A stretch of 64,000 nt of DNA from Ignavibacteriota bacterium (GTDB taxonomy: Bacteria; Bacteroidota; Ignavibacteria; UBA10030; CAVZMI01): contig CAVZMI010000017.1 in the NCBI GenBank assembly GCA_963776275.1, forward strand, positions 1 through 64,000. The letters run 5' to 3'. This document shows, one piece after another, positions 22,744 to 32,285 of the stretch (its first letter is position 1; every line of letters starts with the position of its first letter). The notes beneath the pieces are model-generated. The model saw only the letters and a list, made by a program, of their open reading frames with translations. It had not been told where the DNA came from and ran no database searches. The translations under genes and the position numbers were made by a program.

Positions 22744-23874
22744 ATGAATCAAAAAATCCGTGTCGGCATAATTTTTGGAGGACGTTCGGGTGAACACGAA
22801 GTGTCGCTCGTCTCGGCAACCTCCATCATCAACGCTCTTGATCCCTCAAAATATGAGATTATCCCTGTTGGGATCACAAAAGAAGGGAAGTGGTTAAGCT
22901 CGGCAGAGGTGCTCCATGCTCTGAGATCGGGAAAAACCCAGCTGACACTGGAAGAAAAGTTGGTTCTTCCCGACCCGACGCGAAAAAGTCTTGTCAATGT
23001 ATCGGCTCCTATGGGTTCTCCCGATGAACCGCGACTCGACGTCGTTTTCCCGGTCATTCATGGGACCTATGGAGAAGACGGGACTCTGCAGGGGTTGCTC
23101 GAGCTGGCCGGGATTCCCTATGTCGGAGCGGGTGTGCTTGCTTCGTCGGTTGGGATGGACAAGGTGGTTCAAAAAGAGTTGTTCCGGCAAGCGAAGATCC
23201 CAATCGCTCCGTTTCTTTATTTTTTATCGTCAAAGTATCAATCGAATTCAAAAAAAATCATTTCGCTTATAGAGAAGAAAATCGGTTACCCATGTTTTGT
23301 GAAACCTGCAAATTCAGGTTCAAGTGTGGGTATATCGAAGTCACATACCAGGAAAGAGCTCCTGCACGATATTGAGTACGCTTCGCATTATGATAGGAAA
23401 ATAATTGTCGAGCGTGCGGTTCGAAATGCGCGGGAAATTGAATGTTCTGTTTTGGGTAACGATGATCCGAAAGCGTCGATTCCCGGAGAGATCATTCCGT
23501 CGAATGAGTTTTATGATTATGACGCGAAATATGTAGATGGAAAATCGATCTCCATCATTCCAGCAAAACTTCCGAAAGCGATCGTTCGGAAAATCCAGGA
23601 ATTAGCGATTCGTGCGTTCAAGGTCATCGACTGTACCGGAATGGCCCGGGTTGATTTCTTTGTCACAAAGCGCTCAAATAATATATTTCTGAGCGAAATC
23701 AACACGATTCCCGGATTCACTTCAATCAGCATGTATCCGAAGATGTGGGAGGCGTCGGGAATACCTTATTCACAATTACTTGACGAATTGATCCATCTGG
23801 CCATCGAGCGGTACGAAGAACGGAGCAAGCTTTATACATCGTATCAACCGAAGAAGGATTGGTATAAGGAATAG
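22744..23874 (+). CDS. ddl: D-alanine--D-alanine ligase
   Basis: FGGRSGEHEVS, HGTYGEDG, GSSVG, FYDYDAKY, EINTIPGFT..SMYP. Confidence 0.98.
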   Translation: MNQKIRVGIIFGGRSGEHEVSLVSATSIINALDPSKYEIIPVGITKEGKWLSSAEVLHALRSGKTQLTLEEKLVLPDPTRKSLVNVSAPMGSPDEPRLDVVFPVIHGTYGEDGTLQGLLELAGIPYVGAGVLASSVGMDKVVQKELFRQAKIPIAPFLYFLSSKYQSNSKKIISLIEKKIGYPCFVKPANSGSSVGISKSHTRKELLHDIEYASHYDRKIIVERAVRNAREIECSVLGNDDPKASIPGEIIPSNEFYDYDAKYVDGKSISIIPAKLPKAIVRKIQELAIRAFKVIDCTGMARVDFFVTKRSNNIFLSEINTIPGFTSISMYPKMWEASGIPYSQLLDELIHLAIERYEERSKLYTSYQPKKDWYKE

Positions 23875-23884
23875 CAGCAGATGA

Positions 23885-24415
23885 TCACCCTTGTTGAAAT
23901 ATTTCTTTCAAAACTAAATTCATCGTGTGGATCGAATACTGATCGAAACATACCATAGTGATTTTTTCAACGGTAGAATCGGTTTCAAGAAATTTTTTGA
24001 TTTCTTTCAGGGCAATCTGCGTAGCACGGGCAACTGGATATCCGTAGGCACCGGTACTAATCATAGGGAAGGCGATTGTTTTGACGTTGTTTTCGACAGC
24101 CAGTCGAAGTGAGTTTTCATAACATCGGGCAAGAAGAGTATCCTCGTCGTTGTTTCCTCCATGCCAGATCGGACCCACCGTGTGAATCACATACCGCGCC
24201 GGAAGTTTATACCCCCGGGTAATTTTCGCTTCACCAGTTAAACAACCGTGCAGTTTCCGGCACTCTTCAGCCAATTCAGGACCTGCAGCCCGATGAATCG
24301 CTCCATCGACACCGGCGCCGCCGCGAAGACTGTTGTTCGCCGCATTGACGATGGCATCGACTTTTTGCTGTGAAATATCACCTTGTATGATTTTAATCCG
24401 ATCTAAAATATTCAT
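23885..24415 (-). CDS. ymdB: Macro domain O-acetyl-ADP-ribose deacetylase (YmdB-like)
   Basis: GDI...VDAIVNAAN.SL.GG.GVDGAIH, HTVGP, AFP.ISTGAYGYP; start reassigned to ATG 24415. Confidence 0.93.
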   Translation of the reverse strand: MNILDRIKIIQGDISQQKVDAIVNAANNSLRGGAGVDGAIHRAAGPELAEECRKLHGCLTGEAKITRGYKLPARYVIHTVGPIWHGGNNDEDTLLARCYENSLRLAVENNVKTIAFPMISTGAYGYPVARATQIALKEIKKFLETDSTVEKITMVCFDQYSIHTMNLVLKEIFQQG

Positions 24416-24544
24416 ACGATATCTATCATCAGAAAGAAGATAAGAGGTGACAGAGGCAGCTGCTTTTTTCAATGGAAATATGATAAATGAAGGTGAAAGA
24501 ATCAATAGAAAATCGTACTTTCGTGTGATGGGGAACACTATGAA

Positions 24545-24571
24545 TGCAACAATCTGCAGTACTGCTACGTA
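24545..24571 (+). promoter_or_regulatory. Putative ECF (SigW-type) promoter
   Basis: TGCAAC-N17-CGTA upstream of the pspC operon. Confidence 0.45.
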
Positions 24572-24604
24572 CTCTACTATGGAGGCATTCATTTGGAGGA
24601 TTAT

Positions 24605-25279
24605 ATGGATACGGGAACCGTACATACAAAAAGGCTTTATAAATCGCGCCATGATCGAATGATCGATGGTATGTGTGCCGGCATTGCAGAATATCTCGGC
24701 ATCGATCCCACAATTCTCCGGGTGCTGTGGGTACTAAGTATTTTTGTAGGGGGAACTGGTTTTTTCCTCTACATCGCAGGGATGATTATCATGCCCGTGA
24801 ATCCCGAACATCTTGCGTCACCAACGGCAGACACAACCTCGAAACCTTCTCATGGCAATCAACGATTCTGGGGAATGATGCTTATCGTTTTCGGTCTTAT
24901 CATTCTTATGACAAATCTGGGAATACTGGCATTCCTGAATATCTGGCATGTCTCGTGGACGGTTCTCTTTGCGTTCTTCCTGATCACTATCGGGATTTTC
25001 TTTATTTTTCGTTCTCCAACCGTTCGGGAACAACCGCCGACGCCGGACGGATCACACACAGATACAGTTCCACAGGCACCTAAACGCCGGTTCGAACGGA
25101 CTCGAAAAGATAGAAAAATCCTCGGCGTCTGCGGTGGAATTGCAAAATATTTTGATATTGATCCATCGATCATTCGCATCCTCTATGTGCTTTTTATTTT
25201 TGTTTCTCATGGAATCGGGATTATTCTCTATTTTGTTTTAGGACTGGTACTCACCGAAGAAGAACCGCAACAAGTTTAA
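24605..25279 (+). CDS. pspC: Double PspC-domain membrane protein with central LiaI/LiaF-like TMs
   Basis: RLYKS..DRMIDG.CAGIAEY.GID and R.ERT..DRKILGVCGGIAKYFDID; SD GGAGGA. Confidence 0.92.
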   Translation: MDTGTVHTKRLYKSRHDRMIDGMCAGIAEYLGIDPTILRVLWVLSIFVGGTGFFLYIAGMIIMPVNPEHLASPTADTTSKPSHGNQRFWGMMLIVFGLIILMTNLGILAFLNIWHVSWTVLFAFFLITIGIFFIFRSPTVREQPPTPDGSHTDTVPQAPKRRFERTRKDRKILGVCGGIAKYFDIDPSIIRILYVLFIFVSHGIGIILYFVLGLVLTEEEPQQV

Positions 25280-25307
25280 CGAATAGGAATAGAAAGGAGC
25301 GCTATAA

Positions 25308-25814
25308 ATGCAGTCGAAACGATTCCCCTGGTTTGGAGTTTTTCTTGTTATCGTGGGAACTGGATTGCTTCTTGATCGGCTCCAGATCCTTGCTTTTGGC
25401 TGGCCGCGTCTTCTCTGGGCGTTTTTTGCACTGTGTGGATTTGTGATGGTGATCGTGGGGTTTGTACGGGAACAACGGGGTCATGTATTCTGGGGAACAG
25501 TAATATTTCTCTACGGTATATTCTTTACACTTCGATATTTCAATGCTTTCGAATATCATGTACATCTTTTTGTCGCTGCAAGTCTGATTATTTTCGGACT
25601 GGCATATGTCATGAGAGTCATTTATGCTCCACGCGATTGGTCATTGCTTATCCCTGGATTTCTTCTCATCGGTCTTGGGGGAACACTTGTTTGTGCAGAA
25701 CTCGGGTACATCTATCGGTATGATGTGTGGTACTATTTAAGAATATACTGGCCGGTTATTCTCATCCTGCTGGGGGTATCGTTGTTCTTTAAACGGAAGG
25801 AACATAATCCGTAG
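25308..25814 (+). CDS. LiaF/DUF5668-like membrane protein
   Basis: Repeated GxxLI..G..LL and YWPVILILLG helices. Confidence 0.7.
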   Translation: MQSKRFPWFGVFLVIVGTGLLLDRLQILAFGWPRLLWAFFALCGFVMVIVGFVREQRGHVFWGTVIFLYGIFFTLRYFNAFEYHVHLFVAASLIIFGLAYVMRVIYAPRDWSLLIPGFLLIGLGGTLVCAELGYIYRYDVWYYLRIYWPVILILLGVSLFFKRKEHNP

Positions 25815-25820
25815 AAATAC

Positions 25821-25845
25821 GAAAGCCGCACCGAGTGCGGCTTTC
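25821..25845. terminator. Bidirectional terminator hairpin
   Basis: GAAAGCCGCAC-CGA-GTGCGGCTTTC perfect 11-bp stem between convergent genes. Confidence 0.8.
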
Positions 25846-25862
25846 AGGTTATTGGATATTCA

Positions 25863-26918
25863 CTATCGCGGAAGTGTAATCAGATACTCTATCCCCCTTG
25901 TGAGTCCCTGTTGAATAATGAATTTTCCACCATAGTATTCTGTAATTGCCCGGGCCATCATGAGACCGCATGTATTACAGATAGCATTTGGATCTTTCAA
26001 TCCATCCACACAGAGTGAGATGAGAAGTTCTTCCTGCGTACTTCGAGCGGTCACGCGTATTACGGTTTCGCGCGGTGCCGATGAGATCGCATTATCGAGT
26101 ACTTCATAAAAGAGATGTTTTATATAATCGTTAGGAACATGGAATTCATGATGGTCTTTATCAATCTGGGTCGAAAGCTCAATGTTCTTCGTCTGGAGCA
26201 TCGGTTGAGACGCTTCGATACATTCATTCGCTATGGAATGGAGATCAAGGATATAGACAGTATTCATGTCATCGGCTTGAGAAGACTGAGTCGAGAGGAG
26301 CTTGAACTCATAGTAGAGAAGCAGATTTTTCAGGGTTCTATCAATATGCGAGGATGGGTTCCTGAAATACTCATGTGTTGTCCGAATTTCATCGAGTGAT
26401 GCCTCTTCGAGTTCCTGAAACACGAGATCTTTAAAACCCTGAAGAGTCTCGAGCCGTGTGCTGATGACCTGTGGCTGCTGTTTGATATTCTCGAATTCCT
26501 GTTTATATTTTCCTCGGAGAGAACGGATACGTTCGAGTTTTGTCTGGACAGCAAGAATGATATCGATAATGTCATAGGGTTTGACAATATATTCATCTGC
26601 TCCCGCAATCCGGCTGGAACGGATGGAATCAATATTATCAACCGCTGTGAGAAAAATAAAAGGGATATCCTGCCATTGAATTTGTTCTCGGACTTTTTGA
26701 CAAAATTCAAAACCGTCCATTCCGGGCATCTTGATGTCTGAAATGATGACATCAGGTGAGAAGGCTTCCATCTTTTGTAAAGCATCGATTCCACTGGCGG
26801 CCGTCTCAACGAGAAATCCCTGCTCTCGCATGACCTCGGCGACCAGCATTGTTACTTCGATCTCATCATCGACAAGAAGTACTTTGTCCTTGTTTTGATT
26901 TAGATTGATCTGAGGCAT
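25863..26918 (-). CDS. Response regulator fused to a degenerate histidine-kinase-like region
   Basis: REC VDDE/SDIKMP/KP; C-terminal EVLDNA, GL...AITEYYGG without a clear H-box. Confidence 0.8.
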   Translation of the reverse strand: MPQINLNQNKDKVLLVDDEIEVTMLVAEVMREQGFLVETAASGIDALQKMEAFSPDVIISDIKMPGMDGFEFCQKVREQIQWQDIPFIFLTAVDNIDSIRSSRIAGADEYIVKPYDIIDIILAVQTKLERIRSLRGKYKQEFENIKQQPQVISTRLETLQGFKDLVFQELEEASLDEIRTTHEYFRNPSSHIDRTLKNLLLYYEFKLLSTQSSQADDMNTVYILDLHSIANECIEASQPMLQTKNIELSTQIDKDHHEFHVPNDYIKHLFYEVLDNAISSAPRETVIRVTARSTQEELLISLCVDGLKDPNAICNTCGLMMARAITEYYGGKFIIQQGLTRGIEYLITLPR

Positions 26919-27017
26919 GGCTAAAAAGGGTGGTGAACGTTACTGGTTTAATTATAATAAATGTACGTGAATGTTTGTAGGTTGTCAAGAGTTTCAGGCG
27001 TAATTTCTCGGAGGTGG

Positions 27018-27734
27018 ATGATGAATACCCATATTACGGACGACGAATTGTTACCGCCGTTCGATGGTTTTCCGAAACAAGGCATTGAATTTCTTAAGAA
27101 ACTCAAGCGAAATAACAAACGCGAGTGGTTCAATGCGCACAAGGTTGAGTACGAAGAATATGTAAAATTCCCTATGCAATCGCTCATTGGCACACTGGCC
27201 CCACCAATGCAGGAATATGCCCCGGAGCTTGACGTCCATCCCAAACGCTCGCTATTCCGAATTTATCGTGATACAAGATTCAGCAGAGACAAGACTCCCT
27301 ATAAAACGCATATCGCCGCTATTTTTACCCCCAAAAAAGCAGATCGTGAAGCTGCAGGTCTGTACCTCCATATTGAACCGGGGGAAGTGTATCTCGGAGG
27401 AGGGATGTATTCGATCAGCTCTGACCGTCTTCGTGATATCCGGAAAGCCATCATCCAGGAGACCAGTTCATTTTTGGAGATCGTTAATGACCGGGACCTT
27501 CGCAAGCTATACGGATCATTGCTTGGCGAGAAACTCTCGCGGGTGCCCCATGGATTCGACCGTGATCATCCGATGCAGGAGTTTCTTCGAATGAAGCAAT
27601 TCTATGTCGGAACATCGCTGGTTATCAATTCATGTTTTTCCAGAAAATTTGTTGACATCATTCATGAACATTTCCGGGTTATCACACCGCTTGTCCGTTT
27701 CTTGAATTCTGCATTCGGGTGCGAAAAAGAGTAA
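27018..27734 (+). CDS. DUF2461 (TIGR02453) protein
   Basis: NNKREWF..HK..Y, RIYRDTRFSRDKTPYK, LYLHIEPG. Confidence 0.95.
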   Translation: MMNTHITDDELLPPFDGFPKQGIEFLKKLKRNNKREWFNAHKVEYEEYVKFPMQSLIGTLAPPMQEYAPELDVHPKRSLFRIYRDTRFSRDKTPYKTHIAAIFTPKKADREAAGLYLHIEPGEVYLGGGMYSISSDRLRDIRKAIIQETSSFLEIVNDRDLRKLYGSLLGEKLSRVPHGFDRDHPMQEFLRMKQFYVGTSLVINSCFSRKFVDIIHEHFRVITPLVRFLNSAFGCEKE

Positions 27735-27888
27735 AAACAACACACAGGATTTGTCAGTAATCTTCTTCATAGTGACTATCTTGACATTCACGAGTAAAGC
27801 CTTATATTGAATTATCATAAGTATTTCTTTTTTTCATGAACTTCCTCACCCGTGAAGATGTTTTTTTCGGAAGGAAGGGAGTGAATCG

Positions 27889-30089
27889 ATGGATGTCTCG
27901 AAAAATGGAAAATACAAGAAGAAACTCGAAGAGCTCCTTTCAATCTGTAAGAAGAACCTTCGTTCAGTTGATACAACGCTAATCGAGCGGGCGTATTATT
28001 TTAGCCTGGAGGCTCACAAGCACGACATCCGTGCATCTGGTGAGCCATTTTTTGATCATCCGTACGAAGTGGCAATGATTATTGCCAAGGAAATTCCGCT
28101 CGACGATTTCTCTGTCGCCAGCGCACTTCTCCACGACGTTGCCGAAGATACTGATTTCACAATCGAGGATATCAAGGCGGAATTCGGTCCGGTTGTTGCC
28201 GATATCGTCGACGGTGCGACCAAGATCACCGATATATTCAAAAGCCACGAAATTACACAGGCCGAAAATTACCGCAAGCTGCTACTCTCGATGGTGAATG
28301 ATATCCGCGTCATGCTGGTGAAATTCGCCGATCGCTTGCATAATATGCGGACTCTCGAATATCTTCCGGTAGAAAAACAGCAGCGCCTCGCAAAAGAAAC
28401 GTTCGAAATCTATGTCCCCTTCGCACACCGTTTCGGTCTCGGAAAAATCAAGTGGGAACTCGAAGATCTCTCCTTTAAATACAGCGATCGCAAGGAGTAT
28501 GATGAAATCTCACGTCTGTTGAGCGCCAAACGGAGAGAGAGGGAGCATTACATTAAGAAATTCGTAAAACCTATTGGGGAACGCCTCGAAGCAGAGGGAA
28601 TGCAGTTTGAAATCGGAGGCCGGCCGAAACACCTCTACAGCATTTACTCTAAAATGCAGCAGCGAAACAAACCGCTGGATGAGATTTATGATCTTTTCGC
28701 CGTGCGGGTCATCCTCGACACGGATAACAACAACGACTGCTTCGCTGTGTACGGCATCGTTTCGGAAATTTACATCCCGATTCCGGAACGTTTCAAAAAC
28801 TATATTTCCATTCCAAAAAAGAATGGGTATCAATCGATCCACACCACTGTGATCGGACCTGAAGGGAAGATGGTCGAAGTTCAAATCCGGACTCGCGCAA
28901 TGCATGAAGTTGCGGAGAAGGGGGTTGCAGCGCACTGGCGGTACAAAGAAAATGTCGCAGGGTTGGACAAAGAATTGGAATATTGGGTCGACTGGGTACG
29001 GGAACTTTTTGACCATAAGCTTGACGAAGATTCGCCTAAAGAGCTGATGGAAAGTTTTAAACTCAATTTGTACCAGGATGAGATTTATGTTTTCACACCG
29101 AAAGGTGAACTTAAAATCCTCCCCAAAGGCTCGACTCCGATTGATTTTGCGTTTGAGATTCATTCACAGGTCGGTAATCACACTATCGGCGCGAAAGTGA
29201 ATGGCCGCATTATCCCGCTGAATTCCATGTTAAAAAGCGGCGATCAGGTGGAAATAATCACTTCAAAGAATCAAACACCGAATGCCGACTGGGAACAATT
29301 TGCCATCACCCATAAAGCCAAAACTCATATACGGCGATGGATCAAGGAAGAGCAGAGAAAACCTCACTCGAGGGACGGGAGATTTGGGAAAAGAAACTCA
29401 AAAAAATACGACTGCATGTCAATGAAGACGATCTCACAAATTTCGTTCATGAGGCAAAATTTGACAATCTGACGGATTTTTATATTCGGGTCGCAAAAGG
29501 CGAAGCAAATATCGATGCGTTTGCCGATGAAATAGAGCTAAAACTTCATCATCCCCAGCCTGTCGAATCTGAAAAGGACGTTGTCGAAAAAACCTCGATC
29601 TTTAAACAGTTCGTTAAAACCGCGCGCAGTTCACTCGGTGGAATCCTTGTTACCGGTTCGGAAGACGTGTTTCTCCATAACTTCGCCAAGTGCTGTAACC
29701 CCGTTCCGGGAGATGAGATCATAGGTTTTGTAACTACCGGCGAAGGAATAAAGATTCATCGAAAGACCTGCCATAATGTTCAGCGATTCTATGCGGCGCA
29801 TGAAGATAGAATCATCGAGGTGAGTTGGCCGGTCACCGACGGCGAGGTGTTCATCGGCGGTATTAGTTTCTCCGGTGACGATCGACCCGGTATGCTCGAA
29901 GAGATCACCCATGCGATCTCGACTTACAATAACACAAATATCAGAAGCGTCAACATCGACTCAAAAGGAACATTGTTCGATGGATGGATTCTTCTGTACG
30001 TGAAGAATCTCGACCATCTTAACCAAATCATCAGCAGGGTGAAAAAACTCCCCGGCATTCAAGCTGTCGAGCGGTTTGAAAAAATGTAG
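27889..30089 (+). CDS. spoT: Bifunctional (p)ppGpp synthetase/hydrolase, indel near 29360
   Basis: LLHDVAED, DRLHNMRTL, GRPKHLYSI, NGYQSIHT, EVQIRT, TGS, KCCNPVPGD, ACT. Confidence 0.97.
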
Positions 30090-30119
30090 TTCTATCACCA
30101 GGAAAGTACCAGTGATTCA

Positions 30120-30563
30120 ATGACTCAGCCTGCTAGCGGACAACGTATTCTCGCGATCGACTATGGAACGGTGCGAATCGGTATCGCCCTCAGTGACCCG
30201 CTTCGCCTCATAGCAAAAGCGTTGGAAACCTATCCCAACAACCGCAATTTCATGACACAATTACATTCATTATTACACGAACATAACGTCGGAATGGTTG
30301 TCGTTGGAATGCCCGTCAATCTCAAAGGTAAAGAAGAGAGGAAAGCTCAGGAAGTCCGTCTGTTTATCGATCGTCTTTCGGAAGAAATAAACGTCCCGAT
30401 CAGGACTTGGGATGAGCGCTTTACTTCGACAATGGCGAAACATTCCCTGATCGAAATAGGGGTCAAGAAGAAGAAACGCAGGGATAAATCGCGCGTCGAT
30501 CAAATTGCCGCAGCACTGTTGTTGCAGAGCTTCCTCGATGCAAAGGCATACGAGAATGCGTAG
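30120..30563 (+). CDS. ruvX: Holliday junction resolvase-like/pre-16S maturation nuclease
   Basis: AIDYG.VRIGIALSD, WDERFTS, D..AA..LLQ.FL. Confidence 0.97.
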   Translation: MTQPASGQRILAIDYGTVRIGIALSDPLRLIAKALETYPNNRNFMTQLHSLLHEHNVGMVVVGMPVNLKGKEERKAQEVRLFIDRLSEEINVPIRTWDERFTSTMAKHSLIEIGVKKKKRRDKSRVDQIAAALLLQSFLDAKAYENA

Positions 30564-31290
30564 ACTCCTGGAAAAAACGAGCGCTTTCATCAAAGAGTCT
30601 CTCCGCGGCAGAGCGATACGCTGGATTCTGATTGGTATTGTATGCATGACCACGTTCGAATATTTTTCTCTTCCGAGTGTAAGCATCGAAGATTTACGTC
30701 AGAAGAATGTCAGCGGAACTGCATTGATGGAACAACGGGCTGATGAAGCACAATCGCAGGGAAGACCCTTCAGGATCGTCCAGCGCTGGGTTCCCTACTC
30801 AAAGATATCTCGAAATCTGCTGAATGCGGTGATCGTCGCAGAAGATGGCACGTTTTTCTCTCACGGCGGTTTCGATTGGTACGAGCTTCAGGAATCTATC
30901 GAACGTAATCTGGATGAAGGACGGCCTGTCCGCGGTGCGAGCACGATCACACAGCAGCTTGCAAAAAATCTGTATCTTTCAACGTCGAAAAGCCCGTTAC
31001 GAAAGCTCAAAGAAGCCGTTATAACGCTCAGACTTGAAGAACACTTATCGAAAGAACGAATTCTGGAAATTTATCTCAATATCATCGAGTGGGGAGACGG
31101 TATTTTCGGAGTCGAGGCAGCCGCACAAAAATATTTTGGTGTTTCCGCCGGCTCATTAAGTAGAGAACAATCAGCACGTCTTGCTGCAGTAATCCCAAGT
31201 CCACTCAAACATTCACCAAGCTCCAACAGTCGCTATGTTCTGAGGAGATCGGAAATCATACTCCACAGGATGGAAGCGCGAGGATGGTAG
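30556..31290 (+). CDS. mtgA: Monofunctional peptidoglycan transglycosylase
   Basis: AEDG.F..H.G.D, RGASTITQQLAKNL, RKLKEA, KERILEIYLN. Confidence 0.96.
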   Translation: MRRLLEKTSAFIKESLRGRAIRWILIGIVCMTTFEYFSLPSVSIEDLRQKNVSGTALMEQRADEAQSQGRPFRIVQRWVPYSKISRNLLNAVIVAEDGTFFSHGGFDWYELQESIERNLDEGRPVRGASTITQQLAKNLYLSTSKSPLRKLKEAVITLRLEEHLSKERILEIYLNIIEWGDGIFGVEAAAQKYFGVSAGSLSREQSARLAAVIPSPLKHSPSSNSRYVLRRSEIILHRMEARGW

Positions 31291-31296
31291 GATACC

Positions 31297-31959
31297 GTGA
31301 ATCGACATGAGCTAGATAAGATCATTGATGAGGGAGAGGGATTTCAGGTTGAATTCAAACGGAAAGTCTCCTCACCGGAAAAAATTGCACGTGCACTTTC
31401 AGCTTTTGCCAATACGCGCGGAGGGAAAATTCTCTTCGGCGTGGATGACGACGGCTCGATTGTCGGTGTCGAAAGTGAAAAAACAGAGATCGAGTTTATC
31501 GCCTTTGCGGGCGAGCAGATGTGTGAACCGCCGGTTATTCCCGATATCGAGATCGTACCGGTGAATGGAAAAGATGTGATCGTCGCGATTATCTCCGAGA
31601 GCGACGAGAAACCGCATTATTTTCTGGCCGACGCAGCAACAGAAGAGAATGGCGGTGAACGCGTGTACATCAGGGTGAATGATAAAACTCTGATCGCGTC
31701 AAAGGAAGTTATCCATATCCTTCGGGACGAGCGGAAAGACTCGAAACCTCTCACAATTGAGATCGGTGAGAATGAACGACGATTATTCCGGCATCTTGAA
31801 ACACACGAACGAATTACGGTCAAGCAATATAGCGATCTGGTGAATATTTCAGACCGCCGTGCTTCCCGGATTCTGGTCCGACTCGTTCGGGCAGGCGTGA
31901 TTCGAATTCACACGCTTGAAAAAACGGACTTCTTCACGCTTGCTTCCCCACGGCAATAG
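31297..31959 (+). CDS. AlbA_2 (Schlafen-like) domain protein with C-terminal winged HTH
   Basis: GEGFQVEFKR, AFANTRGG.ILFGVDDDG.IVG, YIR; C-terminal ITVKQYSDLVNISDRRASRIL. Confidence 0.92.
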   Translation: MNRHELDKIIDEGEGFQVEFKRKVSSPEKIARALSAFANTRGGKILFGVDDDGSIVGVESEKTEIEFIAFAGEQMCEPPVIPDIEIVPVNGKDVIVAIISESDEKPHYFLADAATEENGGERVYIRVNDKTLIASKEVIHILRDERKDSKPLTIEIGENERRLFRHLETHERITVKQYSDLVNISDRRASRILVRLVRAGVIRIHTLEKTDFFTLASPRQ

Positions 31960-31960
31960 G

Positions 31961-32095
31961 CCACGACGCGAGTTGTGGGTTTAATGAGGCAACCTCCGGT
32001 AAAAGAGCCACGGAGTGGCGTAAGAACATAAAGCTTTTACTCCTTTCGCTCCCGTCGGTTCTAGAACCCCATGAGGCATGACGCCTCAGCTTTTT
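31961..32095 (+). ncRNA. Candidate structured non-coding RNA ending in an intrinsic terminator
   Basis: GCGA-tetraloop hairpin, long interrupted stem or pseudoknot, terminal TGAGGC/GCCTCA hairpin plus T5. Confidence 0.45.
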
Positions 32096-32106
32096 ACTTG
32101 CATTTT

Positions 32107-32253
32107 TTCGCATATATTTTACAATCTCTTTTGGTATGCTGGGCAATGAAATGGTACAATGGGAGCAGTACGGTAGTTTCTTCTGGTATTTATTTCTATC
32201 GAATCTCGACTTTAAAATGGCAATCGGTGAAGAAGATGGTATTATTACGTTGA
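32107..32253 (+). pseudogene. Orphan remnant of a T9SS type-A C-terminal sorting domain
   Basis: W.NGSS.VVSSGIYFYRI......VKKMVLLR* matches the SGxYFYRL...KKMxLLK CTD ending. Confidence 0.7.
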
Positions 32254-32285
32254 ATACGGAAAAGAAAATTTTGATACAGCAACAA

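Noticed and set aside
29337-29472. Naturally split RelA/SpoT
   Set aside because: A single indel near 29360 restores the canonical full-length architecture.
31984-32031. 15-codon sORF MRQPPVKEPRSGVRT as a leader peptide
   Set aside because: It has no ribosome-binding site and no regulatory codon run.
31978-32088. Fluoride (crcB) riboswitch
   Set aside because: GGTT-TAATGAGGC-AACC...ATGACGCCTC resembles it superficially, but the spacing is too long, GCTGATG is absent and no fluoride-related gene follows.
31961-32095. 6S RNA, SRP RNA or tmRNA assignment
   Set aside because: There is no SRP GGAA domain IV motif and no tRNA-like ends. The rod is short for 6S and lacks the zapA/rny context. It is left unassigned pending cmscan.
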